This document shows positions 38,461-49,836 of a stretch of 64,000 nt of DNA, in pieces; within the stretch, counting starts at the first letter, position 1, and the number at the start of each line of letters is the position of its first letter. Source of the DNA: Massalongia carnosa (Eukaryota); the NCBI GenBank assembly GCA_965645245.1, contig OZ287078.1, forward strand, positions 1,116,001 to 1,180,000. Reading direction: 5' to 3'. Both the position numbers and the translations under genes were made by a program. A model generated the notes under the pieces. The model searched no databases, had not been told where the DNA came from, and was given only the letters and a program-made list of their open reading frames with translations.

Positions 38461-39716
38461 TCACAAAGTCTCCTTCAGCTGCGCCTTCTGCGCCGGCGTC
38501 AGGCTCGCCGGGAACTTCACTTTAACCTCCACAATCAAGTCTCCCCGCTCATTCGGCTTCTTGCTCTTCGGCATGCCCAACTGCGGGAAGCTCTCCTTGT
38601 ACCCCGGAGCTGTGGGGCCGCCGCCGGATATGGGCAATTGCTTGCCGTCTATGGTGGTAATCGTGCGTTTCCAGCCTGTGAGCGCCTCCTTGAGCTCGAG
38701 TTCAATGAAGGCGCGCAGGTTGTCATCTTCGCGTTTGAATAACGGGTGTTCTTTCTAGGTAGACGGTGGTGTTAGCATGGGCCTGAACAATCTCACTGGA
38801 GGAACCTACCTCGGTGATTATGAAATGCAGGTCTTGTGTGCCACCCTCCTCTTGATCCCCTACCCCCTTGAACTTGATCTTCGTTCCAGCCTTGTATCCA
38901 GGCCGAATATCCATATCTAGTATCTTGTCCTCCACCTTCCGTTTGTTGGTCCCGTTATCAAATGTCTTCCGTTTGATCTTCATCCTCTTGTGCGTCCCCT
39001 TGAATAGCTCCTCCAAAGTGACCGGCAACGGCCTCTCCACAGTCGTTACCTCTGGGGTCGGTTCCCGTCGACGACGCATCCCCGCCCCCCCATCAGCACC
39101 CCCAAAGCCTCGGCCCCTACTGCCTCCCGCAAAATTTGCGAACACATCATCATCATCCCCCATTCCCGCACCTCCTTGCTTGAAGAATTCGGCAAAAATG
39201 CTTTCGGGATTGCTGAAATTAAATCCGCCGTCACCGCCACCACCGGTCGAGAAGTGAAAAGTTCGCCCGCCTCCAGGCATTCCACCCATGCCTCCGAATC
39301 CACCAGGCATACCTCCCTCAAAAGGCATGGCCCCAGGTCCAGCTCCTCCTCCGCCACTTGGTGGAGCCTCGGCGCCGCCTCGAAGCAGGAATTCCAATCC
39401 ATATTGATCGTAAACTTTTCGCTTTTCTGGGTCGGAAAGGATCTCGTAGGCTTGGGATACCTCTATTGGAGAATTAGCTAGATTGTACTAGATAACGTAA
39501 GTGAAGGGGGCGCGCCTTTGAATTTCTCGGATGTATTGGGTTTGTCTCTATTTTTATCCGGGTGATATTTTAAGGCTGCTTTCCTAAGGGAGAGTTCGTT
39601 AGCAAATATGAAGGTTCTGAGGGATCCATAGCTTACCGATAAGCCTTCTTAATCTCATCCTGAGTGGAATCCGGCTTGATGCTCAGGGCATCGTATAACT
39701 TTGTTTCTGCCACCAT
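38461..39716 (-). CDS. SIS1: Type II Hsp40/DnaJ chaperone (Sis1/Psi1)
   Basis: MVAETKLYDAL, a J-domain with HPDK, a G/F- and G/M-rich linker, ERPLPVTLEEL and GTKIKF. Three introns, including GC-AG 39515-39463. Confidence 0.93.
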
Positions 39717-40132
39717 CTTGGATGGGATGCAATTATACCAAACAAGAAGATCAGACCTCCGGACCACGAACTGAGGGTCCACGTCGGGACCGATGAGGTC
39801 AAGGTTATTTGCTTAACAGCTACAGCGTTATAGATTGACTTATTGGGGGTCCAAAAATGAGGGAGCCGTTGTTGCCAACGGTTTGCTAAAGGTTTATATG
39901 GGCCTGGCTCTGAATTTGGTTGGTCTTGGAAGTTGGAAAGATTGAGAGGAGCTATATCGGCGAATGGATGCAGTCATGGAAAGATATCCAATGAAAGCGA
40001 GTCAGATCGCACCGTCCGTTTCAAACACTAATCATTCGAGCTTCTCCATTCTAGTGAATTTGGGAAGGGACGTCGTGGATTGCGAAGCAACATGCGAAAC
40101 TGTGACGTTGACCCGTGAACGCAGAGCCTCGT

Positions 40133-40152
40133 GGAAAGTTCCAGAAACTTCG
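40133..40152. promoter_or_regulatory. Perfect four-unit heat-shock element (Hsf1 site) upstream of SIS1
   Basis: gGAAagTTCcaGAAacTTCg is four alternating nGAAn units, ~420 bp upstream of the SIS1 ATG. A TATA-like TATAAA on the minus strand lies at ~39893-39898. Confidence 0.85.
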
Positions 40153-40463
40153 GTCTCGACGGGAATTTAGGCATCATAAGGATGTTTCTTGACGAGCGCG
40201 TGCATATGAATCAGGTGAATTAATCAAGAGGTCTCAACAACATCTAGACGATCAACACAGCCAGGCAACTCTTATTAGATGTGGCGCAGTATTAGAAAGT
40301 TCAGGGGGTTAGGGGATGGATTGAGTTGGGGATGACTACGTTTCGCAACCGGTAGAGTGCAGAGTGCAGTCAAAGTACGCATACCCAATACTTATTTTTA
40401 TACTATGGTACGCCCATACTTGGTTGGAGCATAAGGAATACGGTGTGCCTGTATTCATAAGCT

Positions 40464-42076
40464 TCATTTGGCAACAATAGATACCACATCCTCGTCGGCA
40501 ACAATGTGACTCAATCCAACTCTTTGGGGAACATGCCTAGCACTCGCTCCCCAAACCAATGCGTACTTGAAGGTCTCCTTCAGCGTGCGGTGAACCTGAT
40601 CGCAAACATCCTCTATTGTCGAGTTTTTCCGCACGATTAGCGCTTCGCTAAAATCAGGATCTACTCCCTTCCTGTAATAATAATGGGGATAATAAGTCAA
40701 TTCCTGTGCTGAACAAGAATGTCCGGTGAAAGGACGGGGAGAATTCGGAGAAATTACCGTTTGGTATATATCCTCATCAATTGCAGTTCCTGCCAGCACC
40801 GCTCCACCACGTCAGGAATTCCGAGATCCAGCTCGCAGCTCATGACGATTGTGTTAGGCTCTCGCGCCAATTTATCGAGGAAATCAAGTGAGACGGAGTC
40901 GATTTTGTTATATACATATAGACTAGAGTTCAGGATTAGTGACTCTCCATGGCACGGTTGGATTGATACGGACCACTTTATATATTTTCTGTGATCTTTC
41001 ATGATAACGTCGATAAAATCGTCTACGGTTGCTACCAACCTTAATAAGGATTCAGCTTCAGGAGAAGGTTCATACCATTTTCGTCTCGAACAAGCACCTC
41101 ACAATTCAACATCTTGTAATCCCGTAGGATATTGTATAGCATTTTCTCGTCGATGTTCTTAGGGGGTGATTGAAATGTGATTTTCATACCGCCGGCTTTC
41201 TTAGCTTTCAGGTAGATATTCCTGTAATAATGGGCAGTATTAGCAATTACTCCTAATAGAACGAGATCAAGAATATTATACGGAGGTTCTCGATTTAATC
41301 GTATCCCCACAGCCTCAAGCTCCCCTTCCAAAAGAGCTCGCTGTTCGGCTCTCTTCGTTGCATCAAGAATCATCAGAACCAGATCACTTGTCTGCGTTTA
41401 CTTTATGAGCGATTGTTTACAGACAAAGCAATCAATCGTACCTTGGCTGCTGAAATGACCTGTCTCCCTCTTCCCTTACCCTCCGAAGCGCCTTCAATAA
41501 TTCCCGGCAAATCAAGAACCTGAATTTCCGCACCTCCATACTCAAGAACACCCGGAATAGCTGTGAGCGTTGTGAATGAGTATGCTGCAACTTCACTCTT
41601 CGTCTTCGTTATCTTCGACAGGAATGTCGATTTGCCAACGGAGGGAAAGCCAACAAGTGCGATACGTGCATCTCCACTTTTGCTAACGTCAAATCCAGCG
41701 CCGCCGCTTGAACCAGCGCCAGGCCCAGGCTCAAGTAGCTGTGCTCGGAGTCGGGCAAGCTTGCTGAAATGATATTTAACATAGAAGACAAGAAAATCGG
41801 GTTTCTTTGAATGGGGAGGGTACCCTTTTAGTAATCCCAGATGATATTCTTCTAACCATCAATGATGAACCATATCATGTTCCAAATGGATCATACCGGT
41901 GGCCTTATTTTCTGATATTCGTCAGCTAACATTTCCGAAGAACATGCGCTTGGCTGAGGCAGCTTACTCTGCGTCCTCCGCATTTCTTCCTCAATGCTTG
42001 TCAGCTTAGCATAACCGCAAAATTAAGCCAGGAAAGACGTCGCATACTCCTTGATCTTGTCCGTGATGTTCACCAT
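40464..42076 (-). CDS. RBG2: DRG-family GTPase Rbg2/DRG2
   Basis: [37 protein letters not shown]1 [24 protein letters not shown] and a TGS tail. About nine short introns, with micro-exons at the 5' end. Confidence 0.93.
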
Positions 42077-42412
42077 GATGAAACTTGCTTTGTAAAAAAT
42101 CACAAATAGTCCAGAAAATGGTTTTTGGTATTAGTGACACCAAGTCTTTCAGTGTTTTGTCAGAACTGAGGCCTTCGCTGAAACATTCAACTTACAATTA
42201 TAATTTTCAGATTTGATTTGCACTAACAAAACATGCTTCTGGACAACAGCGTACGAAGTATCAGTTCAACGCTCCGACGAGTAGATGAAGAACAAATATC
42301 GAGGTCTCGTGATCGGATTTTAAATATCTTTACCGAAAAGGGCTAACTAAGAGTCAGTCAGGCGTGGGATTTCCTCCCATTCTCCCACTCTACAATTCTA
42401 CATAACTACACA

Positions 42413-43696
42413 ATGGCCGAAGTCGAAACTCCAACTCAACCCATTATGCCTTCTACAATCCTCCGCTCTCCCTCACCTGCTGCATCACCACAATCCCAAG
42501 ATCCAGAATACAGCACCTCACTTACAGTTACCAACAACATGACCTCCCTTCTCCCCGCCTCCAACACAGACTCCAGCATCTCACCTCCTCGAAAAACCAA
42601 AAAAATCCTCCGTCTCAAACGTCGCCCGGCTCGCCCCCAAGTCGACCCCTCCACTATGAAATCTGAACCACCCCCCCAGACCGGCACAATCTTCAACATC
42701 TGGTACAATAAATGGTCCGGCGGCGACCGAGAAGACAAATACTTATCCAAAACGGCGGCCACAGGTCGCTGTAATATTGCTACCGACTCCGGTTACACGC
42801 GCGCCGATAAAGTTCCTGGCTCTTATTTCTGCCTCTTCTTCGCCAAGGGACTGTGTCCCCGCGGCCATGAGTGCGAGTATTTGCACCGCCTACCAGGCCT
42901 GCACGACCTCTTCAACCCGAACGTTGATTGCTTTGGCCGCGACAAACATAGTGACTACCGTGACGACATGGGTGGCGTGGGTAGCTTTATGCGGCAGAAC
43001 CGTACGCTGTACGTTGGCCGCATCCACGTTACGGATGACATCGAAGAGGTAGTGGCGCGTCACTTCGCCGAATGGGGTCAAGTTGACCGTACGCGTGTGC
43101 TGACTGCCCGTGGCGTCGCCTTCGTCACCTACACCAATGAAGCCAACAGCCAGTTTGCCAAAGAGGCCATGGCCCACCAGGCGCTCGACCACAACGAGGT
43201 ACTGAACGTGCGCTGGGCCACGGTCGATCCCAACCCTATGGCGCAGAAGCGCGAGGCGCGCAAAATCGAGGAGCAGGCTGCCGAAGCAGTGCGGCGAGCG
43301 CTGCCGGAGGATTTCGTCCGTGAGATTGAGGGGAGAGATCCCGACGCGAAGCGCAGGAAGCGGATCGAAGGCAGCTTTGGTCTACAAGGGTACGAGGCTC
43401 CGGATGAGATCTGGTACGCGAGATCTCGAGCCATCGCCGGTGCAGACGGGCAGGCGCGGAGTGATGCGGAAGGAGCAGAGAATGCAGAGCAGAGATGTCT
43501 CCTAGAAGACAGGAAAGCCCCGCTTCAGGAAAATAACATGGACGAGACCGGTGGGATCTTGTCCGCCTCGACGTTAGAGGCGCTACGGGCCCATGCGGAG
43601 CGAAGTCAAGGGAAATCCATATTCTCGACCGCGCCCCCTGTGGCGCCACCAAGTGGTCCGTTGGTGGGTTATGGGAGCGATGATGAGAGTGATTGA
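42413..43696 (+). CDS. CWC2: Pre-mRNA splicing factor Cwc2 (CCCH finger + RRM)
   Basis: PPQTGTIFNIWYNKWSGG, FCLFFAKGLC...CEYLH, the RRM motif RTLYVG, and FAKEAMAHQ...LNVRWA. The start could be a downstream ATG. Confidence 0.95.
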   Translation: MAEVETPTQPIMPSTILRSPSPAASPQSQDPEYSTSLTVTNNMTSLLPASNTDSSISPPRKTKKILRLKRRPARPQVDPSTMKSEPPPQTGTIFNIWYNKWSGGDREDKYLSKTAATGRCNIATDSGYTRADKVPGSYFCLFFAKGLCPRGHECEYLHRLPGLHDLFNPNVDCFGRDKHSDYRDDMGGVGSFMRQNRTLYVGRIHVTDDIEEVVARHFAEWGQVDRTRVLTARGVAFVTYTNEANSQFAKEAMAHQALDHNEVLNVRWATVDPNPMAQKREARKIEEQAAEAVRRALPEDFVREIEGRDPDAKRRKRIEGSFGLQGYEAPDEIWYARSRAIAGADGQARSDAEGAENAEQRCLLEDRKAPLQENNMDETGGILSASTLEALRAHAERSQGKSIFSTAPPVAPPSGPLVGYGSDDESD

Positions 43697-44527
43697 GTGG
43701 GGGATGCTTTAGTTTGAGGGGGGGCGTCCAAAGGGCTATAAGTTAGAAGAAGCTTATACTTATAGGGCCGCGGGTAATTTGGGCTCTATTAGATACCGAC
43801 ATTTCGAGGAGACGGAGGGAGTCACCAGCATGAAGCCCAGCCAGTCCAAGGCTTCTGATCTACAGTCTCTAGAGCCGCAACATAACTACGCTGAAACCCT
43901 TTCAAAGCAAGGAAGCATTAATTGAAAGAAAAATTCCGTTTTCGTTGCATTACATTTCTCTCCGTTACATCTAGCAGCTTGATAACTTCCTCCATCGGCA
44001 ACAGCTCTTCCCCTGAGGAAGCGTTACATTCTTTGAAAACTTAGTCTTTAGGGCTATAAAAAGGATTGCCATAAGATTTTCAGATAGGCCAGTCGCCCCC
44101 TTCGCGAGCGGATGATGTTTGGTTGTGCCTAGTTTGTAACTGAATTTGGAGAAAGAAAAAAATAGAAATTTGTATGACGCTTGAGATCCCACTCTCGCAA
44201 GGGCAATTGCTTGATAGTGCCATTGTGTCTGATAGATTCTGTTGCCTATGCTTAGTGCTTGACCATGAGGCTCGGCCAGAATTCGAAAAAGCGAGACCGC
44301 CTGATGGAGAATATGAAGACATCAAGAAATAATGAGCTTCACACGAGCCGAACGTACTAGTACATGCAAAAAGCCGAAGAAAGATAGGGGTTATCTTAAC
44401 ATATCTGCCGCTATCCCGAGAAACACGCCGCAAAATATGGGGGTATCTCACCAAGGCGGCTAACCGCGTGAGCCTAACCAACGCCTGTGACGAAAATAAG
44501 TTTGATCCTCCAATCAAGCAAAGTATC

Positions 44528-47500
44528 CTATGGTCCCGAGCTGAGATCATACACGATGCAGTTCTTGGTGCGAAAGTTGTAAATGAATGCAGTGTTCGCG
44601 CCTGGTTGCACATCCCTCGACATTTCTTTTAAGAGCTGGTGGACTTGCCCGAGATACTGGCGTTCGTTAGGAGGCGCATTATGGACGAATCTTTTCCAGC
44701 TGTCTGCATCGGCCAGACGTGTCGCGCGAATACCTTCAAATATTTCGTCTTTAGTCTCGATGGCCGCGATCATAGGGGCGTCGAGACAAGCGCGAACGAG
44801 CTTTTGCATTTGAGACTGTGCTGCAGAAGTATTAGCCAATGAACGCTTCGGAGCTAAAATGTGTCCTGGCCTTACCTTCTTCAACGATGGTCTTGCGGTT
44901 GACCTTCTTGCCCTTGGTCAGCGACATCAGAACTCGTACATCGGCTTCTCGATTGCTGGACTGGTTGATCGGGTCCTGTTGGCTCGAGTGGCGGATTAGT
45001 TTGGATTTCTCGTGATTGCGGCCGCCTAAACGTTCGCGGTCACGAATTTCACTACGCATCCATCCGAGAAGCTCAGACTTCCTCAGTTCCGTTTCATCTT
45101 TGCGGAAAAGATTTTTGACTTTCAATGTACCATCATTTTTAATCAAAATTACCCAAGTATAAATTTCTTTGGCATCCTTAGCTAGGCCCTGAATAGAACC
45201 TTCATCAGGATTAATGTCTAATCCAACCTCAGCGCTGACGCCAATGGACCATAGCTCGGTTGCAATCTTTGTGCCCGCAGTGAAAAGGAGATCGGAGTCA
45301 AATCCATCGATGAGTACGTCGCATCGTCTGGAGGCCCAGAAGTCATCGCTCTCATTCTCAAGAGGCTTCTTGGACTTGAGAGTCGTAATGACCTTTTGGT
45401 GGTAACGAACCATGGATGCACAAAGCCCCTGCCAGTTCATACCAAACCCTACGGCATATCGATTTCCCAGCCTCGGGTTGTTCCGAAAGTGTCGGATAAG
45501 CCTGTCGTAGCGACCCCCAGCGGCGAAGATATCTCGCTCTTTCTTATCATATATGCACTGAAAGAGGAATGCTCCTCGATAAAACTTCTCATTGAAGCTG
45601 CTCAGTGGATTAAGATAGATCTTGCGTTTAATCTTTAGGTGCACAAGGCATGCACTTAATTTTTCCATGTGGGCAAATGCCAGTTCGAGCTTTGCGGTGT
45701 TGGGTAGTATGGACCGAAGCCGTGAGATCGCTTCTTCAAAAGTGTCACGGAAATCAAAGCGCTGCAACTCTGCCAAAGAAGTAGCAGCCACCTTGAGCGG
45801 TGGAGCTCGAAGATTGTGTTTCAGTTTTGCCCATGTCCAATCGTTGAAATGTAGTTTACTCAGCTCATCCTTAACTGCTGGCCTCTTGAATTTGTCTATT
45901 TGACAGAACTTCATGATAGCGTCAATTATCAACGAATGGTTAACATGATAGCACAACAGAAGCCCTCCTAAGCTGGGGATCCCGTCGACTACTTCATCAA
46001 CGATTTTGATAATTTCTGCTTCCTGTGCCGCATGGCGAACTCGGGTGTAAGAGACAAGATCGAAATCTACTTCACCGATGATCTTGGGAGGATCTCCTGT
46101 AGGTGAATCACGGAATACATCCCCAAAGGTGTAAGATTTTCGCGCTGGATGAGCATCATATGCAACATATTTTGCGTGGGGTAAGGTAAGGTCGAATGGT
46201 GCCATCATCTTTTTGTTATCACGGCGTAGTAATTTGAACGCAGCATTCTTGTAGTTTGAATAAAACTTCGAATAAGGGTGCACAAGGGGTCCCGGGAGGT
46301 CAACAGCTCCGTGACGTTGAAAGACGGACGCGATCTTGGCTTTGACCAGCTTTTGCACCTGCCACTCTTCTTGTGAGTACTGAGGTTTGGCAATGTCGAA
46401 GGCAAGCTCTTCCAAGATGCGTGCTGGATCTGACTCTGATTCCTCTGATTCTGACTCATTCCAACTCGTGTCTTTTGCACTCAGATTTTGAGTCGTCAAG
46501 TCTGTGTCGTTCTGGTTTGGTTCCTTATCTTCAGGGTCATCATCATCTTCGTCCTCAAATATCGCTTTGAGGAGATCAAAACGTAAAAGCGATTTGGGGT
46601 TCCTAAGATTACGAAGCATTGCTTTGATAGACTCATCCTCGGACTGTGCTGGTATGCGACCACTTGAAAGGAGCTCAGAGCTGCTTGGCCGCTCCGAAGA
46701 CTGGTGCTTGATCAGCGATAGTATTATGGCGCCTTGCGTCGATTTCTCCGAAGCTTCGAATGAACGAGGCAAGGTATGGCCTTCCTTACGTATTTTGGCC
46801 AGATTGTGGGCGCGTTCCATGCCTGTCTCCATTGAAAAACACATCTCAAAGAAAATGATTCCTAGTGAATACATCTAATCAACAAGTACAAGTTAGCGAT
46901 GATAAGGAAATCATGTATGGAGGCTTACGTCTGCCTTCTCATTGTACTTCCCCTTACCTGCGGATCTAACTTCCGGTGCAACATAGAAGGCGGTCCCAAC
47001 ACTCTTTGTGAAGCTTGCGTATGCGTCCTTTCCCCCCTTCGTCTTTGTGGCTGCTTGGTCACCGGGTCTTGCAAGCCCAAAATCACCGATTCGAACATCA
47101 TTCTGATGATCAATGAAAATGTTTTCCGGCTTCAGATCACGATGAACAACAGAAGATTCATGTATGTGCATTAGACCGTAGAGAATCTGACGAAATAACC
47201 TCCAGGACTCCTCAGGATTTGAAGGAAGACCATTACGAATAACATCCCGCAGGGTCTATCAAGATTGATGTCAGCAACGAATAAACGTAGCAAAGATGGA
47301 ACCTGCCTGTCTCTCGCAGTATTGCATTTGAATGTAAAGAATAGTATTGGCTTCTGCCTCATGAGAGCTGGGTTTCCTCCGCCTCGGGCGAGCCATAGCA
47401 GCATCGACATCTTCGTCTGCATCGTCTTCGGTCTCTTCGTCGCTTCCCTGATCAGTCTCATCCATGCTATCATCGCCCTCTACCCCGTCCTCCCCATCAA

Positions 47501-49836
47501 GTATCACTTGCGAGTCCGGGCCGCCTTCCTCGTCAGAATACCCAAAAATAATCTCCGGATGATCTCCTCCTATGAAGTCTAACCCTCCTGAACTCTTCGT
47601 GAAGAGACCATCAGGATCTCCATTAGTGAGCGAGAGCGAGCTTCGACTTGAAGATGAAGAGAGCGCGCTACCTTGTCGCAATGATCCGTCATTTTCGGTC
47701 CAGGCCGTGAAATAGCGCACGACATTCGGATGGTTGAGCAAGGACAGCATGACTATCTCGCTAAGAACATTTGAGAGTGCGGAAGCGGAGTTCTGTGTTA
47801 TTTTCTTGATGGCATAAATCCTATTCTCCAATTTATGTCTTGCTTTAACCACTTCCCCGAAGCCACCACGCCCTAATCGTCCAATTTCATCAAAATCATT
47901 CAGGTACCTTGAAGTGTTCAAGGGCTTGGCTAAAGAATCACGCCGAGGGTGTATGGTCAAAGATGTCGAAAGACGGTGCAGGGTTTTCTCCGAAGTCAAC
48001 CGCGGCGTTGTCGGTTCTCGAAATACAGGGTCCTCGGTTCGTAGGAACTCGAATAATTTGAGATCAAATGCTGACTTCCTCTTCTTGTAGTCAGAAACGA
48101 AGGTCTGCTCAAAGAAGTCGTCAAGGGACCGTGAGATGTCTCGAGAAGCCAGTACTGCTTTGGGAGATGCGTTATATTTTTGAATCGTTACGCCAAAGAT
48201 CATTTGCAACAGAGCCACGCCCAAGTCCCAAATATCCGTGGCTGCAATCGGTTTAGTCTGGGGGCTATTAATTACTTCAGGCGCACTCCAATGGACTGAT
48301 TCTGCGCCCGAGTAGTTCCAGCTCGTGTGGTTTTTGATCGAATGAAGGCTATGTTGGTATCCTCCATCTGACAATTTGACGATCGTGTTACCCGTTTCAG
48401 CCACCTCAAGCAAGATATTGCCCAGGTGTACTTTTGCATGAACTATCCCATTCTGATGATAGAAGTCAAGGCCTTCGAGAAGCTGCAGGGCCCAGGCCCG
48501 GGTGACTTCGATGTTCAAGATTCCAATGATATCAAGAAGCTCTATTACAGAGCCCTTTTCAGCTAAATTGCTAAGAATACTAATGTCCCACCCTACGCTC
48601 AGTGATTCTTCATTCAGGGGAGATCTCTCAATATTGAAATTGAGGGGTTTCACGATATGAGCGTGAGGCGGCAAGTGCTTGAGCACATCCAAGCTTGACT
48701 CGATGTCTTGGATTTGTTTTTTCGTAGCGTCTTCGTCTTCTAAAACAGTAACATAGCATTCTTTAAGGACCAAATATGGAGCAGATCCTACTCTTGTCCC
48801 CCATGGATGCACGGTAAAAATCTTGGTGATCGGGCCTTCCCGAAAATCCACCCTCTGATGTACAGTGTGGAAAGTAGTTGGTATGCCATTGGCATTCTTG
48901 ATCGTAATAGGCTGATCAAACTGTAGACCACCCGGTACAGGCTCCTCCACCTTGAATGGATCCGCAGGCGCTGACTGCTTGTTCTGTCGGTTAGCCATAC
49001 GGATTTTCTCCTGCTCTAACATATGCGCTATCATGCGATGCTCTTCATCCTCAACTTCCTTTTGGGTTAATTGCTTTTCCTCCGCAACCTGCTTCGCTCT
49101 TTGGCTCAGGGCTTCCTCGTGGAGAGCACGTTCTTGGTGTAAATTTGGTATTTGATCACGGTCAACCTCTGAAATGCTGTGTTCTATAGCAACGGGCTTT
49201 GCGGTCTGATCGAGAATATCTTGTAAAGCAGTGGCAAGCTCAAATATCATTTCAGTACCCAGCAAATTCTTGGGATTATCTCTCAGCACTTGTTCAGCAG
49301 CTTGTCTCGTCTGAGTAGAGAGCCCAATGTTAAAGCTAAGCGATAGTCTAGGGAGAGTCTTGGGGTATGTAGAGGGCAAGGAAACAGCAAGCGTCAGCGC
49401 TTCAGTATTCTTGTCATCAAGAGTTGATCTAAACCCGAGCCTAAAAGCACGATCGACGGTTTTCTTGACGTAATAGAAATGTGTTAGCCAGACTCGAAAG
49501 GCACGAAACCGCATCTATGCATGCTAGTCTCTGGGAAGTAAGACGAAGGAATGTATTATGAAACGCTATGGAAAGGACGACAAGTGGAGTGTGGCACCCT
49601 TTTCAAAATGAGCGACGCAGGCAAACAACCATTTCATTTGGTTCATAATGATATCGGAACCTTCTAGAGGCTTAAGGACTACAGGTGTGTGAATGAGTGG
49701 TATTTGAAGCATTATAACCTACATTCCAAGCCCCAGTTTTGACTTCTTCTTCTTCAAAATCATCCATGTAAATGGACCGTAGAGCTTCCATTTCATCACG
49801 CTGAATTTCAGCATAATTTGTTGTTAGTGACGCCAT
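44528..49836 (-). CDS. GCN2: eIF2-alpha kinase Gcn2/Cpc3
   Basis: RWD domain (EMEALRSIY; YPKTLP), pseudokinase, kinase (GRGGFGEV, YAIKKI, HRDLKPEN, DFG, YVAPE), HisRS-like domain (AAGGRYDRL) and C-terminal domain. Introns 49722-49464, 47306-47256 (GC-AG), ~46930-46875 and ~44876-44822. Confidence 0.96.

Noticed and set aside
44080..44613. 177-aa minus-strand ORF downstream of GCN2
   Set aside because: It overlaps the GCN2 last exon out of frame, has no recognisable motifs, and is probably 3'-UTR.
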